In this document: piece by piece, positions 47,421 through 59,944 of the stretch
Position numbering within the stretch: position 1 is the stretch's first letter
Layout of the letters: every line of letters begins with the position of its first letter
From: Amphiscolops sp. MND2022
Lineage: Eukaryota
Assembly (NCBI GenBank): GCA_964187785.1
Contig: OZ076410.1
Coordinates: 71,920,001-71,984,000 of the forward strand
Reading direction: 5' to 3'
DNA: 64,000 bases
Made by a program: the position numbers and the translations under genes
The notes under the pieces: model-generated
The model's input: only the letters and a program-made list of their open reading frames with translations
Told to the model about the DNA's origin: nothing
The model's database searches: none

Positions 47421-49697
47421 TTGTCGACATATGATGTGTTCACATCATCGAATTGATAAAACAAGTTGATATGCTCACAACTATTAACAAAAGCATCTGA
47501 GTTGTGATCAAATCGATCTCTCCACATAAATTCATAGCCGTATATCACTTGTAGTAGTCGTTACTGTGGCCGGAAGTGGTGCCTTACGCAGACATACAAT
47601 TGAACCGACAAGCCACCAAATTGATCATCTTGTAAAGACTCTCGCTAAATCTTTGCGGTCTTGGCAAGGAAAATAATCCGTATCTCCCGCAAAATCTCGC
47701 ACGATCTTGCAGACAGCTCTTAGGATCCCCACCAAGGATTAGCCAGGATCTCTGCAAAATCTTGTCAAGATATTGCAAAGAGTTTTAAGACGACCAGTGG
47801 AGGGGCAGCGCGACAATTCAAATGATTCGTACAATTCCACAGTGAAATCCATGAATGCATCAACCGTAACGCAGTGAAATCCGCCTGCATATGATTGAAT
47901 CGGCAGTTTACTAAATTGAATGAATTTACTTATCCGTACATGAAAAATGAGCGAATAATAATCAGTATGTGAATTCCATTTCAATCAATTTAGGTGGCAT
48001 TCAAAATTTTCAAGCCCTGAAAAAAGTTGCATTGAAAGCATAAAAACTCTTTTGTAAAAAGAACGAAAACAATCTATGAAAGAGTTTCTATGTAATACGT
48101 TGAATTTTTTCTAGAAACATTTTGGGTGGAACTAAAATCCTCTTAACTAACCTTTACAAACAAAGGGTTTGATGAAACGAATGGTGTTTTCTAGAAGCTT
48201 GTAGAAACATCTAGTTAAAAGTCAAACAGGCATTAAACATAATACAAAAATCACGGCGTGAAATCGTCAGAATTTCAGTAATCTCTAGAAAATTAAAATC
48301 CACCGCTACGTTCCGTAATTTTTACCAAATCTAGCGTGATTAGTGTATTTTTATGCATTCCCAATACCGAGATGAATCATGGTGTCCCCGGAGTGCAATA
48401 TGAAAAAAGTTATTATCTTTTGCATTGATTCAGTTTAAAATTGCCTATTTCATTTTCTGGCGGAGAATATTTGCGTTACAATTGGGACATTTCTATACAA
48501 TTTTGGCTGGTTCCTGTTGTGAAATTTTCGTTGAATCTGTTTTGTTAAATCTACTTTCGACAATAGCGAATAAGAAACATGGTCCGAATCATGTGATGTT
48601 TTTTGTTTTTGTTCGACTGATTTGACGAATTTCTGGTAATTTGACGAATTAATACTTTCATTTTAGCGTGGTTTTTGAAGAATTCTTTGATTTTCGGACT
48701 AAAAAGCGTCATTTTTCCGCGGTTACTCCGTGATTTTCTGAATTGCCTGCAGTCGCATAGATGAACGCAAAATGTATCTTGTCGCAAGTGAACAACAATC
48801 GAACAATAAAGCGTGTGTTTTAGCATATGTAGCTTTCCATCTACATGTATTTCCCAACTTGTGAAATGTATGACCTACATTTACCATTAGTCGTCGTGAT
48901 GATCGAGAGCTTATCAGACCATGCTTGTACTGCTAGGATAACTGAAGCTATGAGAAGCTAATACGACAATTGAATATGGCTCCAAAACACACAGCAAGTT
49001 ATCTCCTTTGCAAATATAATTTTCAATGTAGATGATTTGACCGAACGCTTTGTCTCGAGACATTGAATGGAACGGGTCGGTCTAGCTCAATTCGACGACG
49101 GCTTAGCTAACCACCGATAAATCAATTAGAAGACTAGCAGCTTTTCTAAGATGTTATTGGTTGCATCAGCTTCGCTCCCTATCACAGTGGACCTGAAAAG
49201 GGGGAATGCATGCAAATTCGATCAAGTGCACAGTCGTCTAACTGAGCGGTCGTCCAATTGCATGGTTCCCGAATTGAACTCAGCGCATGCATGCATGCAG
49301 ATGACGTCACATTGCGTCATATGATATTTTCAGAGTTACAGATAAAATTCGATTTTCAATTGAGATTCATGGTATATACAGGAAGTATTTTCAGCCGCCC
49401 CTCGGCAGATTGCAGTTGACTGTACATCTGGATGGCAGTCAGACGAAAACTTCTGGTAAATCCCATATATTAAGTAAGCATCACAGTAAATTAGGAGAAA
49501 AAAAGATGGACCATGTGTCTTACCCCCCCCCCCCAGGTACACCTTGATTCGAATTCCCCCCCCCCCAACACGAAAGGATAGTTTATTCTTGAAGCAAAAT
49601 ATTTCACTAATAAAACAAATTTTATATTATTATTATTATTATTATTAAAAGACTCAATTCACAATTAAGGAATTACAATAGTAATGATTATGAATGA

Positions 49698-52535
49698 TTA
49701 TGAACGGCAAGTCTTACAAAAACATTTTATATAGAACGAGCAAGAGTTATTCAAGCTAAAAGACTGCAATTTATTTTCAAAGTAGGCATCGAGACGCTTA
49801 ACAAAAAGGCAATAAGGCATTTCAAAGTTGATAACACCTAATCTAATAAGTTCATTAGAAGCGCGTTTTGAACGGGGGAAGAAGCCATCATTCGTTTTGA
49901 ATTTATGGTTATGTTTGAGTTCAAATAGTTTTAGAGTGCCAGATCGTGTACAGCTGGATTTGTAGGTGAAATCATGCGGAATAATCACTCTCTTGTTGAT
50001 GATTTTCCATAGTAGTAAAATGTCGATTCGTTGTACCTGGAAACAAATTGGCAACAGCTTTAGTGATACAAGAGAGGATACATAATCATTTGAACGAAAC
50101 ACCCATTTCACAGCTCTACTGTTAAATTTTTCCAATTTTCTAAGGCCTTCAATAGAAGCACACCAACATGGTGAGGCATATAGTAGAATAGAAATTATGC
50201 AGGACTGATATAATTGCTTTTTGCGTTGAATTGATATCCCAAAAGGTAAGTTTCGTCTAAGAAAGTTGAGAACACGAGTGCATTTTGCAATTTGGCAATC
50301 AATATGAAGACCCCAGTTTAAATTTTTATCTATGGTAAGGCCGAGATCAACCACATTTTGAGCTTCTTTAAGGGGAGTTCCTTGCAATACGAGATTGTAT
50401 TTTCCCGAGTTAAATGGTAAATAGAGACATTTCGTTGGATGGAAATGCTGACCATTAACTTCGGACCATGATGATAGGCTGTTAATATCGCATTGAATGA
50501 ATTCGGAGATGGATAATGAATACAATTTGAAATCATCGCAAAACATAAAGTAATGACTATAATTTACTTCATCGGGAAGGTCATTAACAAAAATAACGAA
50601 AAACAGAGGGCCCAGTACGCTACCTTGAGGAACCCCAGAAGTCACATCAATTACATCAGAGAGCATACCATTGACCTTTACACATTGCTTCCGATTTGTG
50701 AGATAGGATGTGATAAGTTCAATAAATGCGTTATCAAAGCCAAATAATTGCAGTTTATAAATAAGAACATGGTGAGGAACAGTATCAAAGGCCTTTTTAA
50801 CGTCAAAATAGACGCTAACAGATGGGGTATTGTTATCAATTGATTTGTAGACATGGTCTAAATAAGAAACAAGTTGGCTAACAGTATTTCTATGCTTCAT
50901 GAAGCCATATTGCTGAGCTTTGATGAAATGACACACCCGAGGATAAATAAAATCAAATAGAAGTCTTTCACAAACTAAGGACAGTTTTGGCAAATTGCTA
51001 ATAGGACGATAATTCGTGACATCATTAGTGGAACCACTCTTGTGGAGAGGGGTAACAAAAGCAATTTTCCAGCAGTCAGGCCATTTTCTACTTGAAAAAA
51101 TATAATGAAATAATTCTATAACAGCTGGTGCAAGTAAATTGAAGCAATTGTTTAGGACGAAGGATGGTAATTCGTCGCAACCTATTGAGCTACTGTCCGG
51201 ACATTTGCGAAGCAGGGCTTCTACATTAGCTAAAGAAAAATTTACGTCATTAAGGCAAAGTGATTGGGTGCCTAGTTGGTTTTGAGCATACAGTGATTTA
51301 GGGCTAAATGTAGACCCGAAAAATTTGTTGAATAAGTTGGCTTTTTCGTAGTCTGTAGAGGCTGAAACATCTTTGAATTTCATAATTGATGGTATATGAC
51401 TACCGTTTTTAAGAGAACGAATAAGTTTAAAGCAGCTATTCGGCGAGTCCAGATTTAGTTTGTCAGCAAAACAAAGCTTATCAAGTTCAATTGAATCATT
51501 TATCTCCTGGGACAAAAACTTTTGCTTGTTTGCAAGGGCAGAGTTGAAGGGATGACGTGACATTTTTCTGTTGTTTGTCCGGCTTTGATTAAGGAGATGC
51601 ATTGTATGAGATGAAAAGTAGAAGGGAGCATTGATTCGACGTGACCGTTTTGTAGCAATTGATAGAGATACTGCATTTTTAACAAGCCCATACCAAGAAG
51701 AAATGAAATCAGGGTTCTGAGTAGAGTAACTGGTGAACAGATTGTACAGAGGGTCGAGATGCTGCGAAAATATGTCAGGTCTAAATGTGTTTTTAGAGAT
51801 AGAACAGGTAGAGGGCTCCCAAATATTAGATTGTTCAACTTGAAAAAGAACGGGGTAATGATCAGAAAATCGAGTATTGTAAACTGAATAGCAGAGTTCG
51901 TCACATGTGGAAAAAAGGAGGTCAAGAGTGTTTCCCTTAATATGAGTAGGTACAGTTATAAATTGATTCAGTCCAAGATCGGCAACCAGATCCAAAAATT
52001 CCATGTCAGTAGACTGACTAGAAGATAGGTTAACCCAATTAATCTTTGGAAGGTTAAAGTCACCAACAACGTAAATTACATATGGGATATTAGTACCACG
52101 TTTTTCACGAAAGGATGTGAAAATTTTATAGTATTCATGCAAGCAATTAGACAGAGTAGGCAAAGCATCTTGAAATTTTGGCGTTTGCGGATTGTAAATA
52201 ACAATAAAATAATTCAGACAATGATCGTCAATAATAACGCAGCCGCCTGAAAAGTGATATCGTTTAATAGATAAATTCACAATTTTGTGAAACAATGATA
52301 AAGAGGATGCAGTCAAGAGTCCACCATGTTCACCTGATTCCCTTTCATTTCTGTTGACAACTTTGAAATTATTACCGAGGAAGATTTCTGTTTCGGGTAT
52401 ATCGGATGTAAGCCAGGTTTCAGTAAGGAACATTAGGGAAATATTTTCAGTAAACACCAGTGAAAGTAACGCTTGTCGTTTTTCAAGAGAACAAATTGAT
52501 TGGCAGTTCAGTATAAGACAATTTACCTTATCCAG
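49698..52535 (-). CDS. LINE ORF2 (AP endonuclease plus reverse transcriptase), 945 codons, no AUG at its start
   Basis: NCQSI, TETWL, GDFNLP, TLDL and SDHYP; YFDVKKAFD, GVPQGSVLGP and FCDD; uninterrupted. Confidence 0.93.
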   Translation of the reverse strand: MDKVNCLILNCQSICSLEKRQALLSLVFTENISLMFLTETWLTSDIPETEIFLGNNFKVVNRNERESGEHGGLLTASSLSLFHKIVNLSIKRYHFSGGCVIIDDHCLNYFIVIYNPQTPKFQDALPTLSNCLHEYYKIFTSFREKRGTNIPYVIYVVGDFNLPKINWVNLSSSQSTDMEFLDLVADLGLNQFITVPTHIKGNTLDLLFSTCDELCYSVYNTRFSDHYPVLFQVEQSNIWEPSTCSISKNTFRPDIFSQHLDPLYNLFTSYSTQNPDFISSWYGLVKNAVSLSIATKRSRRINAPFYFSSHTMHLLNQSRTNNRKMSRHPFNSALANKQKFLSQEINDSIELDKLCFADKLNLDSPNSCFKLIRSLKNGSHIPSIMKFKDVSASTDYEKANLFNKFFGSTFSPKSLYAQNQLGTQSLCLNDVNFSLANVEALLRKCPDSSSIGCDELPSFVLNNCFNLLAPAVIELFHYIFSSRKWPDCWKIAFVTPLHKSGSTNDVTNYRPISNLPKLSLVCERLLFDFIYPRVCHFIKAQQYGFMKHRNTVSQLVSYLDHVYKSIDNNTPSVSVYFDVKKAFDTVPHHVLIYKLQLFGFDNAFIELITSYLTNRKQCVKVNGMLSDVIDVTSGVPQGSVLGPLFFVIFVNDLPDEVNYSHYFMFCDDFKLYSLSISEFIQCDINSLSSWSEVNGQHFHPTKCLYLPFNSGKYNLVLQGTPLKEAQNVVDLGLTIDKNLNWGLHIDCQIAKCTRVLNFLRRNLPFGISIQRKKQLYQSCIISILLYASPCWCASIEGLRKLEKFNSRAVKWVFRSNDYVSSLVSLKLLPICFQVQRIDILLLWKIINKRVIIPHDFTYKSSCTRSGTLKLFELKHNHKFKTNDGFFPRSKRASNELIRLGVINFEMPYCLFVKRLDAYFENKLQSFSLNNSCSFYIKCFCKTCRS

Positions 52536-53432
52536 TCATGCACTTTCAACTTCAACCTTTTCACCTTGGTAGAAGAGTTGTAGTTTCTTGATTTTAAATT
52601 GAGATTTATCTTTGCCTTGGTTAGCAATCATATCGTAACGTTTTGCCAGAATTTTCTTTTCAAGTGCCCGATCATCAGGTGACAACAGTTTTTTAATGTA
52701 AACGGGATCATCGTAGTTTTGAAGTCTATGACTTCGAGCAAAACACGTTTCCATAAACAGAGGGTTGGAGGAAGTGACAATAATGGGGCGGCATTTTCGG
52801 CGCTCATTACTGCCCTTAGGCAATGATTTACCCAGACGACGAAGTGAGGTAATATTTCCAGAATGATTGACACCAATAAAAGATACTATTTTTTCCACCG
52901 ATGATACATCGCTGTTAATTCTTTCATAGTGGGTTTCGCCTTTTTCAGGAACCCCAGTGATGATGAACTGTAAATCAGAATCACAGGAACGGTTTTGCTT
53001 AGGAAAAGATTCTTTAGGTTTAGGTTCAGCAGCTAGAGCATCACGGTACGATTTAATGCCTTCATCCATAACATTTTCAATGTTACTTTTCATTTGGCTC
53101 GAGAAAGTATTCTTTAGAGTTTCTTCTTCAAAAGTATTCTTAATGATTTCAGGAATATTGTTTTTCAGACAATCATTAATGTTATGTAATAGTGAATCAA
53201 ACTTAGCTTCAGAGGTGAACAAGGATCCATCGAGGCACAGGTTACACACCCAAAGACAGTTTCGTCTCTCGCCCAGCCACTTAACATCCTCCTCGGACAG
53301 AGAACAACACGTTCCATGATACCACTTTTCGCATTTCTCACAGCCAATTGCGTCGTTATCTCTATTCACTGGTTTCTTGCACTTTGGGCATTTCGGCGAT
53401 GGGTTTGATTGAAGTCGTTGACGACCCGCCAT
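52536..53432 (-). CDS. LINE ORF1 with N-terminal PHD finger (298 aa from the first ATG)
   Basis: CPKC...CEKCEKWYHGTC...WVCNLC is a Cys4-His-Cys3 pattern; C-terminus is CR1-ORF1-like. Confidence 0.9.
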   Translation of the reverse strand: MAGRQRLQSNPSPKCPKCKKPVNRDNDAIGCEKCEKWYHGTCCSLSEEDVKWLGERRNCLWVCNLCLDGSLFTSEAKFDSLLHNINDCLKNNIPEIIKNTFEEETLKNTFSSQMKSNIENVMDEGIKSYRDALAAEPKPKESFPKQNRSCDSDLQFIITGVPEKGETHYERINSDVSSVEKIVSFIGVNHSGNITSLRRLGKSLPKGSNERRKCRPIIVTSSNPLFMETCFARSHRLQNYDDPVYIKKLLSPDDRALEKKILAKRYDMIANQGKDKSQFKIKKLQLFYQGEKVEVESA

Positions 53433-53609
53433 CCAAACATTCAATATAGGAAACTATTTAATAAGTTTATCACAACAATTAGGCTAAAGACTTAGAGGAG
53501 GATTGCCTATACAGCTGTTTTGACATTTCCACCAACAAATCACCCTAGTTGTTCGATATTGTTGTCAAAATAGCAAAAAGCTACGCTTGGAACAAGCTAA
53601 AAGTGGTTT

Positions 53610-54265
53610 AGTATCATTTCACCCCACGTTCATTTCGCCCCATATCATTTCACCTCGTATAATTTCATCCCACAATCATTTCACCCCAAATTGATTTCAC
53701 TCAACGTTCATTTCACCCCAGATTCACATTTTACCCCACGTTCATTCACCCCAAATTAATTTCACCTCACGTTCATTCCACTCCACATTTAAATAATCAA
53801 ATGCGTCTGCAAACATCACTGCCTACACAATTTCTATCTTAGGGCTAAAGGAAAAGCGTCTTGGATCTTATTATTGATTAAATAATCAAACAATGCTTGT
53901 TATGTGAACCACGGAACCCAAAAGTTTCACACATTGGAATTGTAATACTTCTGAACAAGTCGCTGAAAAAATCAGTTTTTCTGTCAATCGTTCAAAAAGG
54001 AGCATAGTTGCGTAACCAAATCTTCAACTATGGATGTTGCGATCCTTCCGCAAAAATTAAGGTATTCCGCTTTATTAGTCTCGCATTGGCGGGTCCTGAC
54101 AATCAAATGAAAGCTGACTCAAATTAGACAGTAGACATTAAAGTTTAGTCGTCAATTGGTTAATTAAGGTGACACGCTTTTGTATAATTACAGTATGGTG
54201 AGAAAAAGACGTGGGGTGAATTCGATGTAAGGAGAAATGAATGTGGGGTGAAAAGAACGTGTCTA
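53610..54265. repeat. Element with arrays of ~15-bp ATTTCACCCC modules, with inverted modules at the other end (MITE/foldback-like)
   Basis: About 11 modules at 53615-53790; GGGGTGAA inverted modules at ~54210-54255. Confidence 0.55.
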
Positions 54266-54299
54266 ATGTGTCTCAAGCCAAATTGCTGTTACCATGATG

Positions 54300-55110
54300 G
54301 GTTTTCAGTAAGAGAACCTGTGAAGGCAGAATTTGTGTTCAAGTTTTTGTTTCCAAGTATTTATATTCTACCGGACTGTATGATTGTCTATCCTCTTTTT
54401 GTGATAATCGTCTTTGAGTGTAATTTGACGATTATAAAGCGAACAATTCACAATTCCATGGCTTACGATATGGTTGTCACATATCATGTAAAAATTTGGT
54501 CGAGCTCTAATGAGTCAGATCCTAACTTGGTGAAAAAAAGGTGAAAAAATCGAGATCCAATATACCATACAACAAGAATCCGTCGGGTCTGGAGAACATT
54601 TTCATTCACCTTGAAAAGAATGGATCCTGCAAGGGTGCATCCATTGCTCTTCTGGAATAGGTTCGAAGTCATAGACTTCGCGATGTAGCACTCTCTCATA
54701 CTCAGAGATGGCGCCTTTCAAATTCTTTGAAAGGTAAGGTTTACGAGCGTAAAGACGGTTTGAGCTGTAAACTTGTTGACTGTATATACAAATTTACACA
54801 GTGGAGAAGATAGAGTACATAATAACGTCCACATTGGTAATTACGGGAATCTCGTTATCGTCGGCATCAGCATTTTTAGCACCCCTCGTCCTTGTGTTCT
54901 TTTTTGAGGTCCTTTTTGTACGAATCAATCCACGATGCTTCACCAGTTTGAGTACCAAAGACGAAGACACGCAAAATCTGTGTAATTGTTGCAATACGTA
55001 TGAAATTCAATATCAACACTGTTTTCATCCAACAGCGTTGTAGGACTAGTTTATTGTTCATGCGAGAAGATTAAGTCATCGACAACTGGGACTTTACCAA
55101 CCGCCAACAG
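54300..55110 (-). pseudogene. Maverick major capsid protein (N-terminal part)
   Basis: GKVPVVDDLIFSHEQ..PTTLLDENS, LKLVKHRG and ITNVDVIMYSIFS, recalled as Maverick MCP-like. Confidence 0.65.
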
Positions 55111-55519
55111 AAACGGCTTCAAAATTTGGTAACGGAAATTGTTCTGCGTGAAATGTTGGTAAAACTTTCTCTGCGCGAGCGACTATTTACATTGGCGGAA
55201 GTTGTAGGAATGAGACTGCGTGGTTTTTGCAACCACTACCTAGTTGCATCCTCAACGCGTTTTATGTTAACTCTTGTTACTGCATAGTTTTTTTTCCACT
55301 TTTTGCTTCTGCCATTTCAGGAACAGCATACCCCAACAAGTCAGCTTCGACTCTTCGTGCAGCTGGACAAAAACTTTTTAACAAATGGAACTGCGATTCT
55401 CCGAATAACCTGAGCAAATGCTTCAAATCATCTTCCGTGTTGTCTTGTTACTCATCTACAAAACGGTAGTTCAAGTTCTTTTCAGGCGACCATTTTGTAT
55501 AGTGTTTACTTCTGGTAAT

Positions 55520-56289
55520 GAATGTTACAAATTTTTTAAAAGATTTTCACAAGACGTCTGATTCCAACAAAGACAAATGGAATCTTTTCTCACGAGTTAT
55601 CCTTCAAGTCAAGATGTACACTATTGAAGGAATTTTCCAATAGACGACAGAAATGAAAGTTACAAAAAGTACTACACAAAGGTGTCCAGTTGAAATTTCG
55701 TCTCCTGATTTCAGCTTGGTTATGGAATGGAAGCAACGTAACAGGGGTGCTTTTGTGTGTCCAACAAAACTGTACTCAGCAAAATATTTAGTGAATGAAA
55801 ACGAACAAAAGCGTACGCAAATTTTGGCTCATGAGGGCCCTTGCCTCGCATCAAAATCCACTGGTCTTTTCCAACATCTCCACCAAAAACATTTCCGAGA
55901 TCTGTACTGAAATGATTGGCTACAGTCGTCACTAATGAGGGACAGTTCAATTTTTTGTGTGCGACGAGATACATCAACAGTAATGCAATTTTCATCGTGA
56001 CTGTTTCTCTCTTTTATAAGCAAACATGGCTTCCACAAAGTCTGGTACGGAAGAATACAACCCAGGTTCCAAGTATATGTCGTTTTGGAGTAAACTGGGT
56101 CATGAAATGGAAATTTCCCATCTTTCACATTCTGGTACATCGAATGGTAGGAAACTTGGGATATTGCAAACAACCATTGTCTACCCAAATTCACTTGATT
56201 ATGCGAAAAAAAATTATTGAACAGATTGTATGGTCAGAAAACAGTCCGGATGATGCATTAGAGACATTTTCTAATGTGAAAGGCTCCAT
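55520..56289 (-). pseudogene. Maverick minor capsid (penton-like) protein
   Basis: MEPFTLE.VSNAS, ISYHSMYQNV, ITVDVSRRTQK and MRGKGPHEPKFAY. Confidence 0.7.
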
Positions 56290-56299
56290 AGCTAAATGA

Positions 56300-56990
56300 C
56301 TCTAAACACTTACTTTTGGTAAAACTTGTGTTCCATAACTTCACCTCGTTCATGTTGTATAAAATATGTGGGTGATTTCCGTGTAGCAAGAGCAAAAACT
56401 TTAAAAAGTTCATTTGTAAAATGCGGCTTGTATCCTTTTATGGATTATTAATCCTGCTCGGAAATTCGACCGATGTGTCAAACTTTGAACTTTGGTTTGC
56501 TAAATTCTCTGATTGCTTTACTGTATAGCACAGCCACTAAATCACTTCAAATCTCTTGTTCTATTCCTTCTCGTATTCAGCGTTCTAACAAATTGCAGCA
56601 ACTTTTGCTTATACTTGATGTATCCATAGTCTTTAATGTAGCGATGCAATACATATTTCATTGAATGGATAGCTCTCTCGGCAAATTCTACCTATGTTTC
56701 GCTAATCGTTAAGTAAACTTGTATTCTATCTGTGTTTGAAATGTTTTAAATTTCACCAGAAAGTTCTTTTCCATTGTCAACTCACTTTTTTGTAGCCTTT
56801 TCGTTTTGTAATCATTTGCGCAAAAGCTCGAAGTACATCGTTACAGGCCTTTGTTTTCACCCCTCTAACGTCTATTGTTTTTTCAAACACGCCCTGGTGA
56901 ACTAGCAAGTACCTTATTCCTCTGTCATCTTTGGACAGTTTATCAACATATGCCAATACCATACACCAAAATTCATTTGTCGCTCACATT
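56300..56990 (-). pseudogene. Maverick retroviral-type integrase
   Basis: LAYVDKLSKDDRGIRYLLV...TK, a GYKP.FT-type segment and KSPTY..KFYQK. Confidence 0.75.
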
Positions 56991-57559
56991 TTGAAAGAGA
57001 TCCAATTCCCACTTTTTTTTTGCTTTCGCATTCTTATTAGGTACTGTAATACGGGAATTTTCGGTTGCGTCCAATGTAGTAAAGTAAAAGTCGGGTGTGT
57101 CTGCGTTCTTGCTACCCAAATGCTCAGCAAAGTTTTACAACAATACTCCCGTATCTGTACCGTCTACCACGATAGTGTTAGAAATGGGGCAACTTTATGA
57201 GTGGGGTTCGCAAAAAGTTTATCAACCAGTGAAACGTCCTTGGCAAACAACTTTTTGTTAATATCCTTTTCAACAAATCCTCACGGGACGTAGAAGTTTG
57301 TTCAGGTTGGTATTTGGGTATGTCCACTTTCAACTCCGATGACTTCGTGTTTCGCAGGTTGAGAAGTGAAACAGGTACAAAGACACACTGTTCCATATCG
57401 AGACAAATGATTATTGACAAATGGGGTAAAGGTGTCCAGTCGTAAACACCATTCTGATATCAACATTTCTAATCTCTGTTCCACGTAGTCCGCTTGAGAA
57501 AAAATAAAGGCAATTTTTACCTAAAACCGTGATATCTTTTTACGTTTTGCAAGTTTCCG

Positions 57560-58302
57560 TTGAGTATGTTTACTTTGCACTCGCTCAGAAATTGATTAAC
57601 CGAATAAATTTCTTGGGACACGATTGGAGAAATTGACTTTTCCTCTTGCGGTAAAATGTTTGGAACTCGTGGAGTATAGAGATTTTGTGTGCTCATCGTC
57701 CGAAATTTTAAAACGCTTCAAACTCTCTGGCACGTAAGATTTTGATAGACTCTTTCCAATATTTGTGCATAACGTAATCCATCGTCTGCTCGCGGCGATA
57801 AAACAATGAGTAAATGAACTAATGCAACAGACTCTGTACCATCTCTGTACCAATCCACTAGTGACGAACCTATAATTGAAAAATAAGTGTGTGTTTTTTG
57901 CTTAAGTCCCGAGGTGACTTGCACAATGCAGTGCGTGTTTTTTGCAGCTAAATAATATAGTGCTGAGTCCACGGTGTCTTCCAGATGTAGAAATTTTGAC
58001 AAGTTTGTTGGAACTGCACACTTCCTCACACGAATCGTCAAATGTGAGGAGATACTTTATTCCGTTGTTTTTCGAGGAATCAATCAACTCAAAACTCACC
58101 CCCTTGACAATCAATTTCGATTGCATCCTGTCGTGTTGTCGTATAGTGATTGATACTATTGTTAAAAAAAGTAAACCTCGTCAAATTTGAGCTGAAATAT
58201 TCCATTAGTTAACCACTCGTAACTCAACTGGGTTTCACCAGATTCACGCGGTCCAACCATGGACATTGGGATCCGGTTTTTTGTGGAAATTAACTTGTTC
58301 AT
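57560..58302 (-). pseudogene. Maverick packaging ATPase (A32/FtsK-like)
   Basis: MNKLISTKNR, degenerate Walker A GPRESGET, Walker B LTFDDS, GRHRGLS and HLLIVLSPRADD. Confidence 0.8.
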
Positions 58303-59111
58303 AGTCTCGTTGTTCGCACAAGGATTAAAAATTGGGACGAGAATACAATTAATGATCTGCAGCAGGTTTATCCCACGCACGTCCACGACTGGCATTCACT
58401 GTTGTTTCCGTCAAAAACATTTTTTTCATATTGAGGTTAGTCTCAGTCATCTAGCTTGCTGGCGACAAGGTATCTGCAAAATTGAATATCCTTTTGTTGA
58501 GAAATGTAACTTGAAAAAAATTTAACCTTATTTGAATGAGTAATACAAACACGCACAAAAAATTACAAACTGAAAGGCTGCAAAGTCCATTTTCCAAACA
58601 CTTCTGCTTTAGCTCAGCTCAGTGTATATTTGGCTTGTGCCTGTAGGGATAGCTAGAGCACAGCCAGTCAGTGTTTACTTGTTGAATCTTGAGGACACCG
58701 TAGGCATTCAAGTTAACACTTCCCTACCCAATTATGTGCTCAACAGTATACACATTTCGAATCTTTGTTCAAAGTACTCGGCTCTAGATTGTCGTAATTC
58801 AGTCGACATGGTGTTGATAAGGTTCAAGTCCATCGTGCCACTTTTCCAATCACTTTGGAGCAAGATTTTGAAACACTTGAGTGTTTGATGTGTTAGTTGA
58901 TACTTTTTGGGTGATTTAAATGATTATCGAAACAAACTTTCCAGTTCTTCAAATATTGAGTTTGTAGTTGTGCAGTGGAACGTAGTTGAAGGTCAAACGG
59001 TATAGTAAAGTGATATAATGTTATGACATTTTTATAGCATTATACGTAACATACCTGCCATATCAAGATTGGAAAAGAAGGTACCTTTGCTTTTGTACCT
59101 TTGCTTTTATA

Positions 59112-59113
<2 letters not shown>

Positions 59114-59153
<40 letters not shown>
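59114..59153. repeat. (TA)n microsatellite
   Basis: About 20 TA units. Confidence 0.97.
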
Positions 59154-59159
<6 letters not shown>

Positions 59160-59944
59160 TAATAACCATCAAGTGATCAATTTTAGATTTATAGTTGACA
59201 TGGACAAGTAGATGAAATTTTTGCTTACGTCCTGTGGGTAAAGAGTCGTATCTGGACATACGATGATTCATGCTCGTCATATTTGTAGTGCAGCAGTGTA
59301 ATACACACTTTGCACTCAGCGCCCTCTACAACCTCGAACACTTTATGGACGATCTTCACTCGTTCGTCAAAGTCTCTGGATAGTCCAACCACAATGATAT
59401 GAGGCACGTTTTCACCTTTTTGAAGTTGTCTGCAGCAACAAAGATCTGATTTCTCAACCGCAAGAAGAACAGTTTAAGGTTGCACTGTCCCAGCGGATCA
59501 CATTGATATCGTTTGAATGCGTTGGCAATAACTTTTTTGAAGTCTTGAAAATTCACATCCAAGAAAAGAATTCTCTTCATTTTGGGATCACGAAAACTGT
59601 CCAAAACTGTTTTGGTGCCTGCCAAAGTTCACAAAGTTGGAGCAAAGGTATTTGTCTTATGTTGCATTCATTGTAGATTCCAGTTGGCGGCTGGTTCTTA
59701 TAAAGACTGGGTTCTGTGTGGGTAAGGGTTATACCGTAATAGTAGTCAAGGCGGCTGTTAAGTTCTGGAACAGACAACTTTGTTAACCGTTTGAAAATGA
59801 TATCATGATTGAAATTAAAGGTAACTTTGTTTTTATACTACTATGGTCAAGTGACTATTCTATTTTCGGAAATGTTTACGTCTCGTCGGCACAGTTGCGT
59901 GGTCTCGCCGACTCGGGTGTTCCGGGGTACTCGTTCTCTTTACC

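Larger units (their letters stand above)
49622..53590 (-). mobile_element. Full-length-looking CR1-clade LINE
   Basis: PHD ORF1, APE-RT ORF2 and a (TAA)7 tail at 49626-49647. The 5' end is approximate and no TSD was found. Confidence 0.9.
54300..59940 (-). mobile_element. Decayed Maverick/Polinton (adintovirus-like) element
   Basis: Recognisable remnants of packaging ATPase, retroviral-type integrase, minor capsid, small basic ORF and major capsid, in colinear order. No TIR or PolB core seen. Confidence 0.85.

Noticed and set aside
49286-49320. (ATGC)n palindrome and CRE site TGACGTCA as a promoter
   Set aside because: An isolated motif with no associated gene or TSS evidence.
49622-53590. 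Target-site duplication for the CR1 LINE
   Set aside because: No matching direct repeat found at the two ends, so the 5' boundary remains approximate.
53615-53790. CRISPR-like array
   Set aside because: Repeats are degenerate and nearly contiguous with no unique 25-45-bp spacers, there are no cas genes, and the context is eukaryotic.
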